A DNA stretch of 64,000 nt. Origin: Mobula hypostoma. Taxonomy: Eukaryota. A program made the translations under genes and the position numbers. The stretch covers positions 187,552,001 through 187,616,000 of the forward strand of contig NC_086097.1 of NCBI RefSeq assembly GCF_963921235.1, written 5' to 3'. Below are positions 63,261 through 64,000 of the stretch, one piece after another (the stretch's first letter is position 1; each line of letters begins with the position of its first letter). The notes under the pieces are model-generated. The model worked only from the letters and a program-made list of their open reading frames with translations. It was not told the origin of the DNA and did not search any database.

Positions 63261-64000
63261 TAATACCACGACTTCTGCAAGTGGCTTTACATTTATCTAA
63301 TTTGTAAAGATCAGGACCGTAAGCTTGAGCATTTTGCTTGTGAATTTTGTACAACTATTCTAAGTCATGGCCTATGTACTTGGGGTCCTGTCCTTGTGTA
63401 TCCAAAGAAGAGAAGACAAGACTGGTAAAGCTGATGATTCTTGGGATCATTCTATCATTCAAGATGATTCTATCTCGTGAGCCTGAGGTAGAGAAAAAAT
63501 GGGAAGCTAAACCTTGGGAACAATTCAGAGGAACTTGAATGAGTGAAAATATTATGTTACTAGGTACTTGTGACAACTACATGGAATTGTATCCTTAACG
63601 AAGAGTGCAGTGATTGTACTCTGATTCCTGTCCTAACACAATAATCTTTAACTGACAGTATGTGTAATGCCTCTTATCTCCTGCCCCTTTCTAGTAGTTA
63701 CCTATACACCCACTAAACTATCATCTGTCTCCTGCACTGCATGAAATGATCCACAGAAATTCACTTTTTACAGGCCTTTCATGCCTGTCTTTGCATTGGA
63801 TACTGGATGTGAAGATGGTAACTCTGAACTGGGAGCTTTTGCCAGAATTCAGATGTACCTGGAGTATACCAGCTTTTAAGTAGATCCTCGTTTTATTCCT
63901 ATTTAATTCATCTTTACATTTTACACTTAATCTCATTCACCAGTTTTCATTTTCCCCAGATTTTTCTAATTTCCCAGGTTTTTATTAGTTTTTATATTAG

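Noticed and set aside
63330..63960. Second exon of the putative gene
   Set aside because: No convincing acceptor/ORF/donor set; the sequence looks like a decayed minus-strand LINE endonuclease region.

Overview
Vertebrate genomic DNA, AT-rich and dominated by transposable elements. The repeat mix (CR1 and Rex1/Babar LINEs, Penelope-like elements, V-SINEs, a SacSINE1/DeuSINE-like copy) points to a cartilaginous fish, possibly a ray; this is inference. Almost all long ORFs in the track are decayed LINE/Penelope fragments or their antisense shadows. The only credible host-gene signal is a CpG-rich promoter region (~60.3-62.0 kb) with a + strand first coding exon (60734-60877) encoding a signal-peptide-like N-terminus; I cannot name the gene. 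The first ~60 kb look like intergenic DNA with heavily nested insertions. Most notable: (1) a 182-bp fold-back Penelope-type terminal repeat carrying a minimal hammerhead ribozyme motif, with a perfect 16-bp target-site duplication (TSD), inside an ancient Gypsy integrase; (2) a one-ended LTR flanked by a near-perfect 171-bp duplication; (3) a 5'-inverted (twin-priming-like) Rex1/Babar LINE; (4) three different LTRs inserted in the same ~300-bp stretch of CR1 ORF2. I found no CRISPR, rRNA, true tRNA gene or clearly new protein-coding system. Boundaries of old repeats are approximate (tens of bp); TSD-defined boundaries were read base by base.
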